Of a DNA stretch of 64,000 bases, positions 19,880-29,065 are shown piece after piece. The stretch is from Candidatus Poribacteria bacterium (GTDB taxonomy: Bacteria; Poribacteria; WGA-4E; WGA-3G). Positions within the stretch are counted from its first letter, which is position 1; each line of letters begins with the position of its first letter. A program made the translations under genes and the position numbers. The DNA lies in contig OZ242029.1 of NCBI GenBank assembly GCA_965205015.1, forward strand, positions 1,984,001 through 2,048,000, given 5' to 3'. The notes beneath the pieces are model-generated. The model was not told the DNA's origin. It was given only the letters and a program-made list of their open reading frames with translations, and did no database searches.

Positions 19880-20440
19880 CTATAGGTTGTTGGCGATACG
19901 AATTTCTTCTTCGTTAAAAGCTTCGTCGTGCCATTCAACTATACGCCATTCATTGTTTCTTTTTTCAAAGATAAAAAGGTTGTCACCTTCGGCGTACACA
20001 CCACTAAATCCGCCCTCAAGCGAATGTCCATCGGATATGAAGAGTTGGATTCTATAGTGATTCCTGACTTCCGCCTGATTACCATCCTCATTCATCGTAA
20101 TTTCTGGTGGGACAGAGAGTTCTATCTCAATATCCTGAAACTTCTCAAAAACACGAGTGGCAGCGTCTCGTTCCTGTCGAATGTCATCGAACTCCAAATC
20201 GTCTGTTTTATCTCCATCTGTCCCCATATCAGAGACATAGAGGAAACCGTCTTCCCAGAAAGTCCCGATATAGGAGTTAACGTCTTCTGTTTCATAACCT
20301 TGACGCCATCGATCTAAGATTTTATTAATTTGAAGCATTTCTTCCGGCGGCACCTGACCGACCTTGTCAGCGTCCCCACACCCCATAAAACCTATGAGTA
20401 AGATGAGTACGCCGGTAACTTTTGCAAATGCCCTAAACAT
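19880..20440 (-). CDS. Lipoprotein, NTF2/SnoaL-like fold
   Basis: FMGC lipobox; WRQGYETED…; C-terminal EWRIVEW. Confidence 0.7.
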   Translation of the reverse strand: MFRAFAKVTGVLILLIGFMGCGDADKVGQVPPEEMLQINKILDRWRQGYETEDVNSYIGTFWEDGFLYVSDMGTDGDKTDDLEFDDIRQERDAATRVFEKFQDIEIELSVPPEITMNEDGNQAEVRNHYRIQLFISDGHSLEGGFSGVYAEGDNLFIFEKRNNEWRIVEWHDEAFNEEEIRIANNL

Positions 20441-20459
20441 AGTAAGTACCCTCCTTATT

Positions 20460-21023
20460 TTAAAAGGTTTTAACAATACCGAAATAAAGACGTGATGGGG
20501 TTGCCCCGACCTCAATCCCCAATTTTTCAATATCTTTTGCATCCTGCTCAATAGATTTCATTAATGTAGTCGCATTGTAAAAATTGGCACCAACATAGGA
20601 ATCGATAAGACTGTAAACCCAGATACCGATACCGGTATACATAAAGAACGTCCTGAGTTTGTAACGTTGATTCGCAAATTCGTACTGTGCTAACACACCT
20701 TGATCGTCATTAGGATACAAACTGGCGTACGTTGCGTAGGCATCGTAACGATCCATAAAAGATTGCTGTGCCAACAAGGCACCGACAACAGAACCGCCTA
20801 TTCCCAAAATAGTGAGACTACCGCGAATATAACCGCGGCTATAAAATTGTCCCCATCCGGGGAGAATGGCAGAGCGCACCATCGCCCCAATCGGTGAAAC
20901 GAGGTTATCGGCTTCCACCGCTTCAGGGGATGGCTCTTCGGCTGCTGTACCGTTTTCAGCCTCCTGCGCAAAACTGGCGTGGAGGCTCAACAACAGTAAT
21001 GATGTAATGAGCAAAAATCGCAT
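20460..21023 (-). CDS. DUF5683-like membrane protein
   Basis: AMVRSAILPGWGQFY motif; WVYSLIDSY. Confidence 0.75.
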   Translation of the reverse strand: MRFLLITSLLLLSLHASFAQEAENGTAAEEPSPEAVEADNLVSPIGAMVRSAILPGWGQFYSRGYIRGSLTILGIGGSVVGALLAQQSFMDRYDAYATYASLYPNDDQGVLAQYEFANQRYKLRTFFMYTGIGIWVYSLIDSYVGANFYNATTLMKSIEQDAKDIEKLGIEVGATPSRLYFGIVKTF

Positions 21024-21088
21024 CTGAATATGAAGGCTTTACGCACCTAAAAAGCTGCGCAAAGCCTGTACTACTCCTAATAAACGTC

Positions 21089-22708
21089 TTAACGTCTCCG
21101 TTTCGTCCGCTCTGTCGTCCGGCTTCGACTGTCATCGTCATCATTGCTACTGCTTGAGCTGCTACGCGAGCGCGATGAACTCGAACTTGATGTGGTCGGG
21201 CGCGTCCGAGTCTTTGTAGAAGAAGAGGAACGACTTATGCTTGAACGTGAACGCGTCGAACTCGAACTTGATGTCGAACTCGAACGACTTATACGAGACC
21301 TCTCCGCTGAACGGCTTATGTTTGAACGTGAACGCGTCGAACTCGAACTTGATGTCGAACTCCTATACTTTGAACGCGAATCATTGCTGGTACCTGACGA
21401 GAAGGACCGGTTTGAAGAGGAGGTCGAACGTCTATAAAGTGGAGTCGTCCGTTGTCTCTCTACGGTACTTCTATAACTGCTCACGCGCTGGGCTGTTCCA
21501 TTCGAGGAACGCCGCTGCTTGCTAAGTGTGCCGCCAGCGTATGTACTCCGTCTTACACTACTCCGCTGAAGTGCTGAGGCAGAAGCACGCGAGCGCTGTT
21601 TCTCCAAAATAATTGACTGACGTGCAATCCGTTCCGTTGTCGCCGGGGTCTGCCTTCGGTGGTTTTCAAGCGTGGTGCGGATGTTTCTCCTAACCGTTGT
21701 CCGTTCACCTTGATGCCTGTTCGCAGTCAAACGGCTGCGACTGTACTGCCGACGCGTTGTTTCATGCGCTGCACTCCACCGATTCAAACGGGTTCGCCGC
21801 TGATAAACCTTCGGGGTGCCGCGATGCGAACGATGGTAAGAACCATAATACGGCGAATAACCGCGGTAGTAGGCACCTGAATAATGCCTACGGTAACGTC
21901 CAAGATACCCACCATAATACGAACGAATCGAAAGATAGTGGTGATCGTAGATCGGATAGCTCCATCGGAGATAGTAGTCGTAGTCCGTCGCGTAATAGAT
22001 CGGACCATCGTAAAAATAGAGGTAGGTGTAACGGTGCCACGGACGCCAACGGTAAGTCGGTGTGTACCGCTGAATCACTTTAACCTTCGGTTGTCTCCGA
22101 TACGTAGATACCTCAAGATGTTCTACGTCAATTTGTTCGCCACCCTCTGCGACGACGTGAAGTTCCATCCATCCGTTTTTGACATGACCCGCTGCAGGGA
22201 TCTTAATGAGTTCAGAACGATTTTTTGCGCGCAGGACAAAGGTGTCCCCGTAACGTGTCTCCTTAGCATTCTCGTCATGGTAACCGCGCCGAGTCGCCTC
22301 ACGTTGGGTATTACGGATCCAAACACGGCCCGCAATGGGTTCTTCGTAGTCTTCGATCTCCAGGCGATGCGGTTCCCCGCGATACCTTACCAAAATTTCA
22401 ATGGACTGTGTCCCTGTTGGAATTTCAAAGAGATAGACTGCACTGGCAATCGCGAATTCGTAGTTATTTGCGTCCTCGGCAGCGTTTGCCCAAGCGGTGA
22501 GCCGAACACCATCTTCAAAACGCGGACTGGCGGTAATCGTCGCATTCCCACGTTCTATCCATTCATCGACATCATTTGCAACGCGGTGTTCTCGACTCAA
22601 TCGGTCCGCGTAATAATCATAATCCGCAGCAGCAGGGGTTAACAACCCGGCAATTGCAAAGCAACTGATGAGGCATACTGCACTTAAAATGGAAATACGG
22701 GTCTTCAT
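21089..22708 (-). CDS. Secreted protein with Tyr-rich middle and Arg/Ser-rich low-complexity tail
   Basis: Signal peptide, AGGAGG RBS, compositional bias. Confidence 0.75.
   Translation of the reverse strand: MKTRISILSAVCLISCFAIAGLLTPAAADYDYYADRLSREHRVANDVDEWIERGNATITASPRFEDGVRLTAWANAAEDANNYEFAIASAVYLFEIPTGTQSIEILVRYRGEPHRLEIEDYEEPIAGRVWIRNTQREATRRGYHDENAKETRYGDTFVLRAKNRSELIKIPAAGHVKNGWMELHVVAEGGEQIDVEHLEVSTYRRQPKVKVIQRYTPTYRWRPWHRYTYLYFYDGPIYYATDYDYYLRWSYPIYDHHYLSIRSYYGGYLGRYRRHYSGAYYRGYSPYYGSYHRSHRGTPKVYQRRTRLNRWSAAHETTRRQYSRSRLTANRHQGERTTVRRNIRTTLENHRRQTPATTERIARQSIILEKQRSRASASALQRSSVRRSTYAGGTLSKQRRSSNGTAQRVSSYRSTVERQRTTPLYRRSTSSSNRSFSSGTSNDSRSKYRSSTSSSSSTRSRSNISRSAERSRISRSSSTSSSSSTRSRSSISRSSSSTKTRTRPTTSSSSSSRSRSSSSSSNDDDDSRSRTTERTKRRR
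21234..21362. repeat. Intragenic 48-bp direct repeat, 81-bp period
   Basis: CTTATG(C/T)TTGAACGTGAACGCGTCGAACTCGAACTTGATGTCGAACTC occurs twice. Confidence 0.85.
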
Positions 22709-22954
22709 GAGAATCCTCCTCCTATGTTCGTGTCTTCATTTGGCATTGCCAATAGGCTTCTATCCACCGAGCCCGGTGACGCGTGCGTATCTAAACTTAG
22801 ACTGTCTTAATCAAATTGCCATAGAAATGATACAATTTTCTTTAAGAATTGTCAAGAGTTAATCGACGCCATTCGATAGTTCAGGCACCCTAATCGGATT
22901 CACCCTTTAGGAACGAATGAGCATATTGGAAAAACGAAAGGGTTTTACCAATTC

Positions 22955-23701
22955 TCAGTTTTTAGGTATCAGTTCGATACCTCTCTTTTTCGCGTGCTCA
23001 CGGGCGAGTGGCGTAATAATCGCTGGACTTGCGTAAACTAATTCTCGCACATTCGCATCCAAATTTGAAATAGTCGTTGCACTAATTAAAGTTTTTTCCA
23101 CAACGGCACGCGAACCGCTCCCTCTTTCTACAACCGACTCGGCGATTTGGGGCATTCGTACCAATTGAACGCCAAGTTCAGACAAAGCGTTTACATAATC
23201 GTTTTCAAGTTTCCTGAAAACAGTACCCATTTTTACCGAAACTTCATTCTGATGAAGGGCATCGGAGGCTGCTATAACCTGCTTCCCTTTAGAGAGTGCT
23301 TCAAAGACCAAATACGTACACGGTGTGTCCACTAACCTTAACGCCAGCTTCGCAGCCATCGGATATGAGAGGACGGGGAGCACAATTTGCTGATACGGCT
23401 CCACAAAAGTTGTTATATCGCTGAGAGCACTCTCCTGAAAAACATTATCTTCCCCAAATGCGGCATGAATCGGGTCGAGGTTTATAACTTTAATTGCGAG
23501 ATCGGACAGAATTACTGTAATTTCCCATCCATTTTGTCTGCAAGTCTGAAGCTGCTGGATCGGTTCATCCAACGCAAGCTGGGTCGCACCCAAAATAGCG
23601 AGAAGTCGTTTTTCGTGTGTGGTTTGCGTGGAGACTGATGTTTGCTCGCGCAGCACCCGCTCCACAATTCTCCGAATCTGGTCAATCAGCTCCTGATTCA
23701 T
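22955..23701 (-). CDS. Microcompartment-associated flavoprotein-family protein
   Basis: N-terminal amphipathic helix, LPVLSYPMAAKLAL…DT, ALSKGKQVI, C-terminal IITPLAREHAKKRGI; next to pduL and a shell gene. Confidence 0.7.
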   Translation of the reverse strand: MNQELIDQIRRIVERVLREQTSVSTQTTHEKRLLAILGATQLALDEPIQQLQTCRQNGWEITVILSDLAIKVINLDPIHAAFGEDNVFQESALSDITTFVEPYQQIVLPVLSYPMAAKLALRLVDTPCTYLVFEALSKGKQVIAASDALHQNEVSVKMGTVFRKLENDYVNALSELGVQLVRMPQIAESVVERGSGSRAVVEKTLISATTISNLDANVRELVYASPAIITPLAREHAKKRGIELIPKN

Positions 23702-23733
23702 ACTGCCTCAACATATTAGGAAACCTATACGTT

Positions 23734-24447
23734 TCAACCGGAATCGCGTACGATTTCAACGGGTTCACCGCCTTTTAACCCTGCTGCATTGGCATCGTCG
23801 GTATCTAAGTGCATCTGAAGTACATAATCTTCATGAATTTTGGGACGGACATTTTCAAAGGTTAGCGCACGCTCGCCGCGAAAATGCACTTTTAAAAGGT
23901 CATTCTCGTGAATACCGAGCGCGTTCGCATCTCCGGGAGTCATGTGGATGTGTCGCGTCGCACAAATCGCCCCTTCCTCCAAATAGATACTTCCGGCGGG
24001 ACCCACGAGCGTAATAGGATCAGCACCCACCAGGTCACCTGAGTCGCGAATGGGCGGCTTTAATCCGAGCCGGATTGCTTCCGTTTGAGCGACTTCAACT
24101 TGCGAGTAATCTCGCACGGGACCCAGGATACGAACCGCTTCAATAGCACGCATCCGTTTCCCAACGATCGTTAACGTTTCATTGGCGGCGAATGCTCCGG
24201 GTTGATAGAGGGGCGCGTAGACAGTAAGTTGGTGTCCAGCCCCGTATAAAATTTCAAGGTGCTCCTGCGTTACATGGGCATGTCGTGCTGAGACACCAAC
24301 CGGAATCTGCTGCTGCTGTGCGATAGCATCACACGCGCGTTTTCCCGCATCACAGGTCCGCAAAGCACAACCACTACAGGCTTGGTCTGTCGTCAGTCTA
24401 TTAACAACACGCTGGGTAATCAACTCAACAAGGGCACGGTCTGGCAT
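23734..24447 (-). CDS. pduL: Phosphate propanoyltransferase (phosphotransacylase)
   Basis: IPVGVSARHAHV, RDSGDL, RHIHM, MHLDTDDANA. Confidence 0.93.
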   Translation of the reverse strand: MPDRALVELITQRVVNRLTTDQACSGCALRTCDAGKRACDAIAQQQQIPVGVSARHAHVTQEHLEILYGAGHQLTVYAPLYQPGAFAANETLTIVGKRMRAIEAVRILGPVRDYSQVEVAQTEAIRLGLKPPIRDSGDLVGADPITLVGPAGSIYLEEGAICATRHIHMTPGDANALGIHENDLLKVHFRGERALTFENVRPKIHEDYVLQMHLDTDDANAAGLKGGEPVEIVRDSG

Positions 24448-24525
24448 CTATGTTCTGCCTTTTGGATTAGGATGTACTGAACGTCTCGGAACAAGAACGT
24501 TCAACGGATCCAAGGACTCCCTAAT

Positions 24526-24801
24526 TTAAGGTTTTGGCAACAAAGTTTCGACTTCAGCGTGCGGTCGTGGAATTACGTGAACCGAAACCACTTCGCCGAC
24601 GCGCGCTGCAGCCTCAGCACCAACATCCGTTGCAGCCTTCACGGCACCAACATCACCACGAACCATGACAGTCACGTAGCCAGCACCAATTTGCTGATAA
24701 CCAATGAGATGGACATTTGCCGCTTTCACCATAGCATCGGCAGCTTCAATGCTCCCAACTAAGCCTCTCGTTTCAACTAAACCCAATGCCTCTCCGGTCA
24801 T
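24526..24801 (-). CDS. BMC hexameric shell protein (EutM/PduA-like)
   Basis: ALGLVETRG…[11 protein letters not shown]…RGDVGAV…HVIPRPH. Confidence 0.96.
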   Translation of the reverse strand: MTGEALGLVETRGLVGSIEAADAMVKAANVHLIGYQQIGAGYVTVMVRGDVGAVKAATDVGAEAAARVGEVVSVHVIPRPHAEVETLLPKP

Positions 24802-24959
24802 ATTGATTCCAATAGCCTCCTATTGAGAATGAATTCAAGAATAAAGTCAAGTTTTTAACTTATGAGTCGTACGGTCGAAGCAATTTTTTCATTGCGAATC
24901 CACGCGCAAAAAAAGGGGAAAATCAGGCAAAATGCTGAAATCTCACCCTGACCTCACCC

Positions 24960-25856
24960 TTATAGTATATCACAATTTCTTACTTTTTTCAAGAAAAAAC
25001 TAAAAACGCGTTTATACGCTTCATCGACATCTGTTTCTGCCTTATCAACTTCGCCTAATTTTTGGTGAGCGAAGGCACGCCAGAGATAAACCTGTGTAAG
25101 CGCGTTCGGTTCACCTCGCCATGTGCGAATCGTTTCGCTAAAAAGACCTACAGCACTTCTGTAATCAGCATTTGCCAATACCTGTTCTCCCAAGCCTGCA
25201 TGAACCTGCGCGCGATTGATATAAGCACCGGCGAAACGCTGTTCTAAACCAATAGCCTGATTCAGGTCTGCCAAAGCCAGTCTTAAACGATCTTCCGCAC
25301 TTTCGATAGAAAGCCGTAGGTAGGCATTGCCACGCGCATAGTAAGCTACGGCACTCGGTTGCCGTTTAATTACGGTACTGTAATCAGCGAACGCGTTCTG
25401 AAGAGTGCCCTGTTCAAAATAGGTTTGTGCCCGCCTTCGCATAACACGTGCGTTCCACCTCTTTTCCAACGAGGCTGAGTAATCCGCAATAGCCTGTGGT
25501 ATGTTCCCTAACGCTCGATAAGCATCGCCACGACTTGCGTAGGCATCGGCGTGATACCGATTCAAATCTAAGGTTCGGGTGTAATCCGCGATAGCTGCTT
25601 TATACTGCCCCGCGCGATAATGTGCCAATCCGCGTTTCACATAAGCTTCAGCATATTGGGGTTCGGTCTCAATGGCACGTGTAAACGCCGCTATTGCGTC
25701 TGAAATCTTCCATGTCCGCAACGATACTGTCCCCTCCCGTACGTCTGCTTGCGCTTGTGGCTTTGCACCCTTTATCGCATCCCACGTTACAAAGCGAGAA
25801 GCGAGAATAATAGTAAGAATCAACACCGGGGTCATGATGTAAATGAGGGGTCGCAT
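24960..25856 (-). CDS. Tetratricopeptide repeat protein with N-terminal anchor
   Basis: Repeated AYxxRGxAYxxxGxxxxAIADY. Confidence 0.9.
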   Translation of the reverse strand: MRPLIYIMTPVLILTIILASRFVTWDAIKGAKPQAQADVREGTVSLRTWKISDAIAAFTRAIETEPQYAEAYVKRGLAHYRAGQYKAAIADYTRTLDLNRYHADAYASRGDAYRALGNIPQAIADYSASLEKRWNARVMRRRAQTYFEQGTLQNAFADYSTVIKRQPSAVAYYARGNAYLRLSIESAEDRLRLALADLNQAIGLEQRFAGAYINRAQVHAGLGEQVLANADYRSAVGLFSETIRTWRGEPNALTQVYLWRAFAHQKLGEVDKAETDVDEAYKRVFSFFLKKVRNCDIL

Positions 25857-25886
25857 GATGAGGGTCTTTCTGACGAAAATATGCCC

Positions 25887-26888
25887 TTAGTCAGATGTTG
25901 GCTTTTGGGTTTCGCTATAGAGGTGATGGATGTTTGTACCTAATTTCAGTACATCCACAGACGGATACGTCTCTGCCAAGTCAATTTCAATATACGCAGG
26001 GATGCCAGGTCGACCGCTGTAGCCTGTCGAAAAAATGAGTTGGCTTTCACCGAACGTCGCTATACCATCTCTGACATTTCGCCTTGGGAAATAGTGAATC
26101 GGGGTATGTCCAACCACAAGGATATTCCCTTGGATAGCTTCAAGGAATTTTTTAATATGCGTTAAGGTATATCCACCACTATAAGTGATCTCTGGACGAT
26201 GCCACAGGAGTTCCTCAAGGGTTTTGGGGTTCGGATTCACCAGATCAGCAAGGCTGGTGACAACACGCGCGGGACCCGCATGAATACCAACGAAGCCGTT
26301 CTTTCCAACGACCACCGTCGGGAGGTTCATCAGAAAGTCATAATGTGTGTCCGTCATTCTTTCAATAAAATTGAACTGCTCATAATAGGTACCGAGAGGA
26401 CTTTCGTATAAATCGCGGATAAAACGTCTCCGGTTCTGTGCCGTCATCCCTTGCCTTTTCAGCATTGCGTATGCATCTGCAGCAGCGAATTCGTGATTTC
26501 CTCGGAGATAGATAATCCTGTCCCCCCTATCGCCAAGTTGCCTTTGGAGTTCCATAACCCGGTCAACGATAAGCGTATCTCCATAAGGCGGATGTCTCGG
26601 TTCATCGGGCTTATAATCAACCGCATCACCGAGTATCAATCCGTAAACATCTTCGTCCGCTTGAATGCGTTCCACCAGTCTCGTGAGTTGGAGCCATTGG
26701 TTGAAATCGTCCCAATGCGCATGTAGGTCGGAAACAATATAGAGAGTGCCGTGATCCGGAAGAACAACGATGTGCCCATCGCGCGTCAGTTGGTTAGGGT
26801 ACTGCGCGAGTCGCTTGGGTTGGGCGATCGCAGTGGAAGCCAGACAGATCAAACAGAGGATAATGCCAATTAAAGGGACGTTCATCAT
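25887..26888 (-). CDS. Secreted calcineurin-like metallophosphoesterase
   Basis: SDLH, GDAVD, RGNHE, HAG, GHT motifs. Confidence 0.9.
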   Translation of the reverse strand: MMNVPLIGIILCLICLASTAIAQPKRLAQYPNQLTRDGHIVVLPDHGTLYIVSDLHAHWDDFNQWLQLTRLVERIQADEDVYGLILGDAVDYKPDEPRHPPYGDTLIVDRVMELQRQLGDRGDRIIYLRGNHEFAAADAYAMLKRQGMTAQNRRRFIRDLYESPLGTYYEQFNFIERMTDTHYDFLMNLPTVVVGKNGFVGIHAGPARVVTSLADLVNPNPKTLEELLWHRPEITYSGGYTLTHIKKFLEAIQGNILVVGHTPIHYFPRRNVRDGIATFGESQLIFSTGYSGRPGIPAYIEIDLAETYPSVDVLKLGTNIHHLYSETQKPTSD

Positions 26889-26889
26889 T

Positions 26890-27798
26890 TTAAATTTTGA
26901 AGAATGGATCTATAGTGTTTTCTTGCTCCGCGAGTTTATTCAGGTGCCGGCGTCTCCGATTCCAGCAGACGAGATAACCGATAAGGGCAAGTCCACCGAA
27001 GCCTCCCCACAAAACATAGGAATTAGAAAAGAGCGATGCCCATTGATAACGTTCTGTCAGCGATTCGCGCCAAAGGATATCATAGGTGACAAGGTCCCAT
27101 CCAACGACACTTTCAAAAGCAGTATTGAAATTGCTACCGGCGTGGAGTTCCGCGATGAGCGAAAACAGCACATCTCTACCTTTGACTTCGACCAACCAAC
27201 GGACGGTATCCTGACTTTCAGCATACGCCAAATCCGCACCAGCTTGCGTCCGTGGAAAACGCCGCTCCAGTTCCTGAAGTGGTATAATAGATTTTGAAAA
27301 AATATGCTTCAACAGTGTTTCGTGACGGCTCGGCACCCACTCCTCAGCGAAATAAATTGCGATGCCCTCTATGAACCATAGTGGGATTTCCTTTACGGCT
27401 TTGCGGGTGCACTGTCCGAAAAGGACATGTGCAATCTCATGACGCAAAACTTGCACCAACTGCAACTTCGCAAGCGCAATATGCTTCGGATTTTGGATAA
27501 CGATACGCCGACTCAACGGAAAGGCGCACCCAACCGCCCAATCCTGAATCGGCGCGTGAACCGAATTTTGAAACTCCTTTTGTGTGTCACACACCCAGAT
27601 ATCAATCATTCCCGCTGGCATACGGCTCGTCAACTGCGGCAATTCAGCGTAAAAATCCTCCGCAACCTGAAGGATTGACCCTGGATCCGTTGTCCCCTTT
27701 TGGTAGTAGACTCGGAAGTGTGGACTCTCCACGGATTGCCAGTCTGCCGATGCGAAAAGTATAGGCAATAGGAATAGGAGAAAAATAAGACTCTTCAT
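26890..27798 (-). CDS. Peptidase MA-like zinc metallopeptidase with C-terminal TM helix
   Basis: LRHEIAH…PLWFIEGIA. Confidence 0.88.
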   Translation of the reverse strand: MKSLIFLLFLLPILFASADWQSVESPHFRVYYQKGTTDPGSILQVAEDFYAELPQLTSRMPAGMIDIWVCDTQKEFQNSVHAPIQDWAVGCAFPLSRRIVIQNPKHIALAKLQLVQVLRHEIAHVLFGQCTRKAVKEIPLWFIEGIAIYFAEEWVPSRHETLLKHIFSKSIIPLQELERRFPRTQAGADLAYAESQDTVRWLVEVKGRDVLFSLIAELHAGSNFNTAFESVVGWDLVTYDILWRESLTERYQWASLFSNSYVLWGGFGGLALIGYLVCWNRRRRHLNKLAEQENTIDPFFKI

Positions 27799-27825
27799 AT
27801 ATTTGCACCCCCATACATGTCTTAC

Positions 27826-29064
27826 CTATGGCTCCATGAGAACGCCCATAAACAATACCGTCTTTGTCTGATTATCACGAATGGCAAAGAAGAAGGGGCG
27901 GTCTACAATAAACATAGGGGGAGCACTCTCTATCTTTACCTCAACCTTAGTTGCAGCGGTGGCTTCAGTGCCTTCTTCGTTGACTTCTACGACGGCTTTC
28001 TGGAGGACTTCGCCGATATACAAATTGCCATCTAATATCTCTAAGGGTGCCATCCGTCCGAAATCCGCTCTACTCGGACTGAACGCGACCTCCATGCCGA
28101 GTGCCTTCAGCGGATCGTTCAGCCGCTTTTCGTATTCCAACTTGAATTTAGGGAGAGCCAGGTACACCTCTTCTTGATAAAATTCCGATATCCACTGTTC
28201 CCAACGCTCAGCGTTCAAGTGCGCTAAAAAGGCATCCAGATCGGATTCGCGACTTGGGAGGAAGATATACATACTCGTCCGTCCACTCCCGTAAGGGAGA
28301 CTCAACGCTTGAAAATTCGCGTCATAATTTGCGTAATACGGGTAGTCCCCTGTCCTGGACATCATCGGGGTTCGCTTTTCGGCACCGGTTGCGAGATGGA
28401 AGGTGCCATCGCGGGTCTCCGACGGGTCAAATTTTGTTTGCCACGTTCCTTTGAAGTAGATGGCGTTAATCAGGAACAACACTGTGTCTGCGTCAATTAC
28501 ATCCGGAACGATTTTCTTAAGCTTGCCACGAGTCTGGGTATCTACCCACTGATTGATTGTTTTTGAGGCACTCGGATCGCTAAAATCCAAGGTCGAAATC
28601 TCTGCGCCGAAAAATTCCGTGTTACGCTGTAGGAAATCCTGCTTGAAGGGGACATCTTGACGCGCCCACAGTGAGTTTGCAATTGTGAGTGTCACTTTCG
28701 GATCTGATGTCAAAAGGGTTTGATGCAATCCTGCATAACCGGCGTTGATAGATTCGGAATTTAATCCTTGTAGCTGCAACATGTCAGTCATCGCCTGTTC
28801 GGTTTCCCCAGCTGCGCCGTTCAGCGTCATTGCCAAGGCAACAGAAATACTGAAAGGTGAGATAAAAATATTCTTATTTTGCTCAGTCTTACGAATTTCA
28901 TCGAACAGATTAAAACTAAATCTGGTATTCGCCGAGACGACCCGCTCATCAACGGTGTCAGGTTCAACTGTGTCTGAACGAAACTCATCACATCCAGCGA
29001 ATAATGGTAAAACCAAGAAGCAGCATCCAAGAAAAGTTTTTGTGATTGTCTGTTTTTTATTCAT
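27826..29064 (-). CDS. Serpin, lipoprotein
   Basis: FAGC lipobox, NIFISPFS, NAIYFKGTW, hinge EEGTEATAAT, DRPFFFAI. Confidence 0.95.
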   Translation of the reverse strand: MNKKQTITKTFLGCCFLVLPLFAGCDEFRSDTVEPDTVDERVVSANTRFSFNLFDEIRKTEQNKNIFISPFSISVALAMTLNGAAGETEQAMTDMLQLQGLNSESINAGYAGLHQTLLTSDPKVTLTIANSLWARQDVPFKQDFLQRNTEFFGAEISTLDFSDPSASKTINQWVDTQTRGKLKKIVPDVIDADTVLFLINAIYFKGTWQTKFDPSETRDGTFHLATGAEKRTPMMSRTGDYPYYANYDANFQALSLPYGSGRTSMYIFLPSRESDLDAFLAHLNAERWEQWISEFYQEEVYLALPKFKLEYEKRLNDPLKALGMEVAFSPSRADFGRMAPLEILDGNLYIGEVLQKAVVEVNEEGTEATAATKVEVKIESAPPMFIVDRPFFFAIRDNQTKTVLFMGVLMEP

Positions 29065-29065
29065 T

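Noticed and set aside
21144-21525. Plus-strand ORFs rich in E/L/R or N/S
   Set aside because: Antisense shadows of the Ser/Arg repeat.
22880-22920. c-di-AMP (ydaO) riboswitch fragment GGGTGAATC…TAGGG on the minus strand
   Set aside because: The rest of the consensus and its stems are absent.
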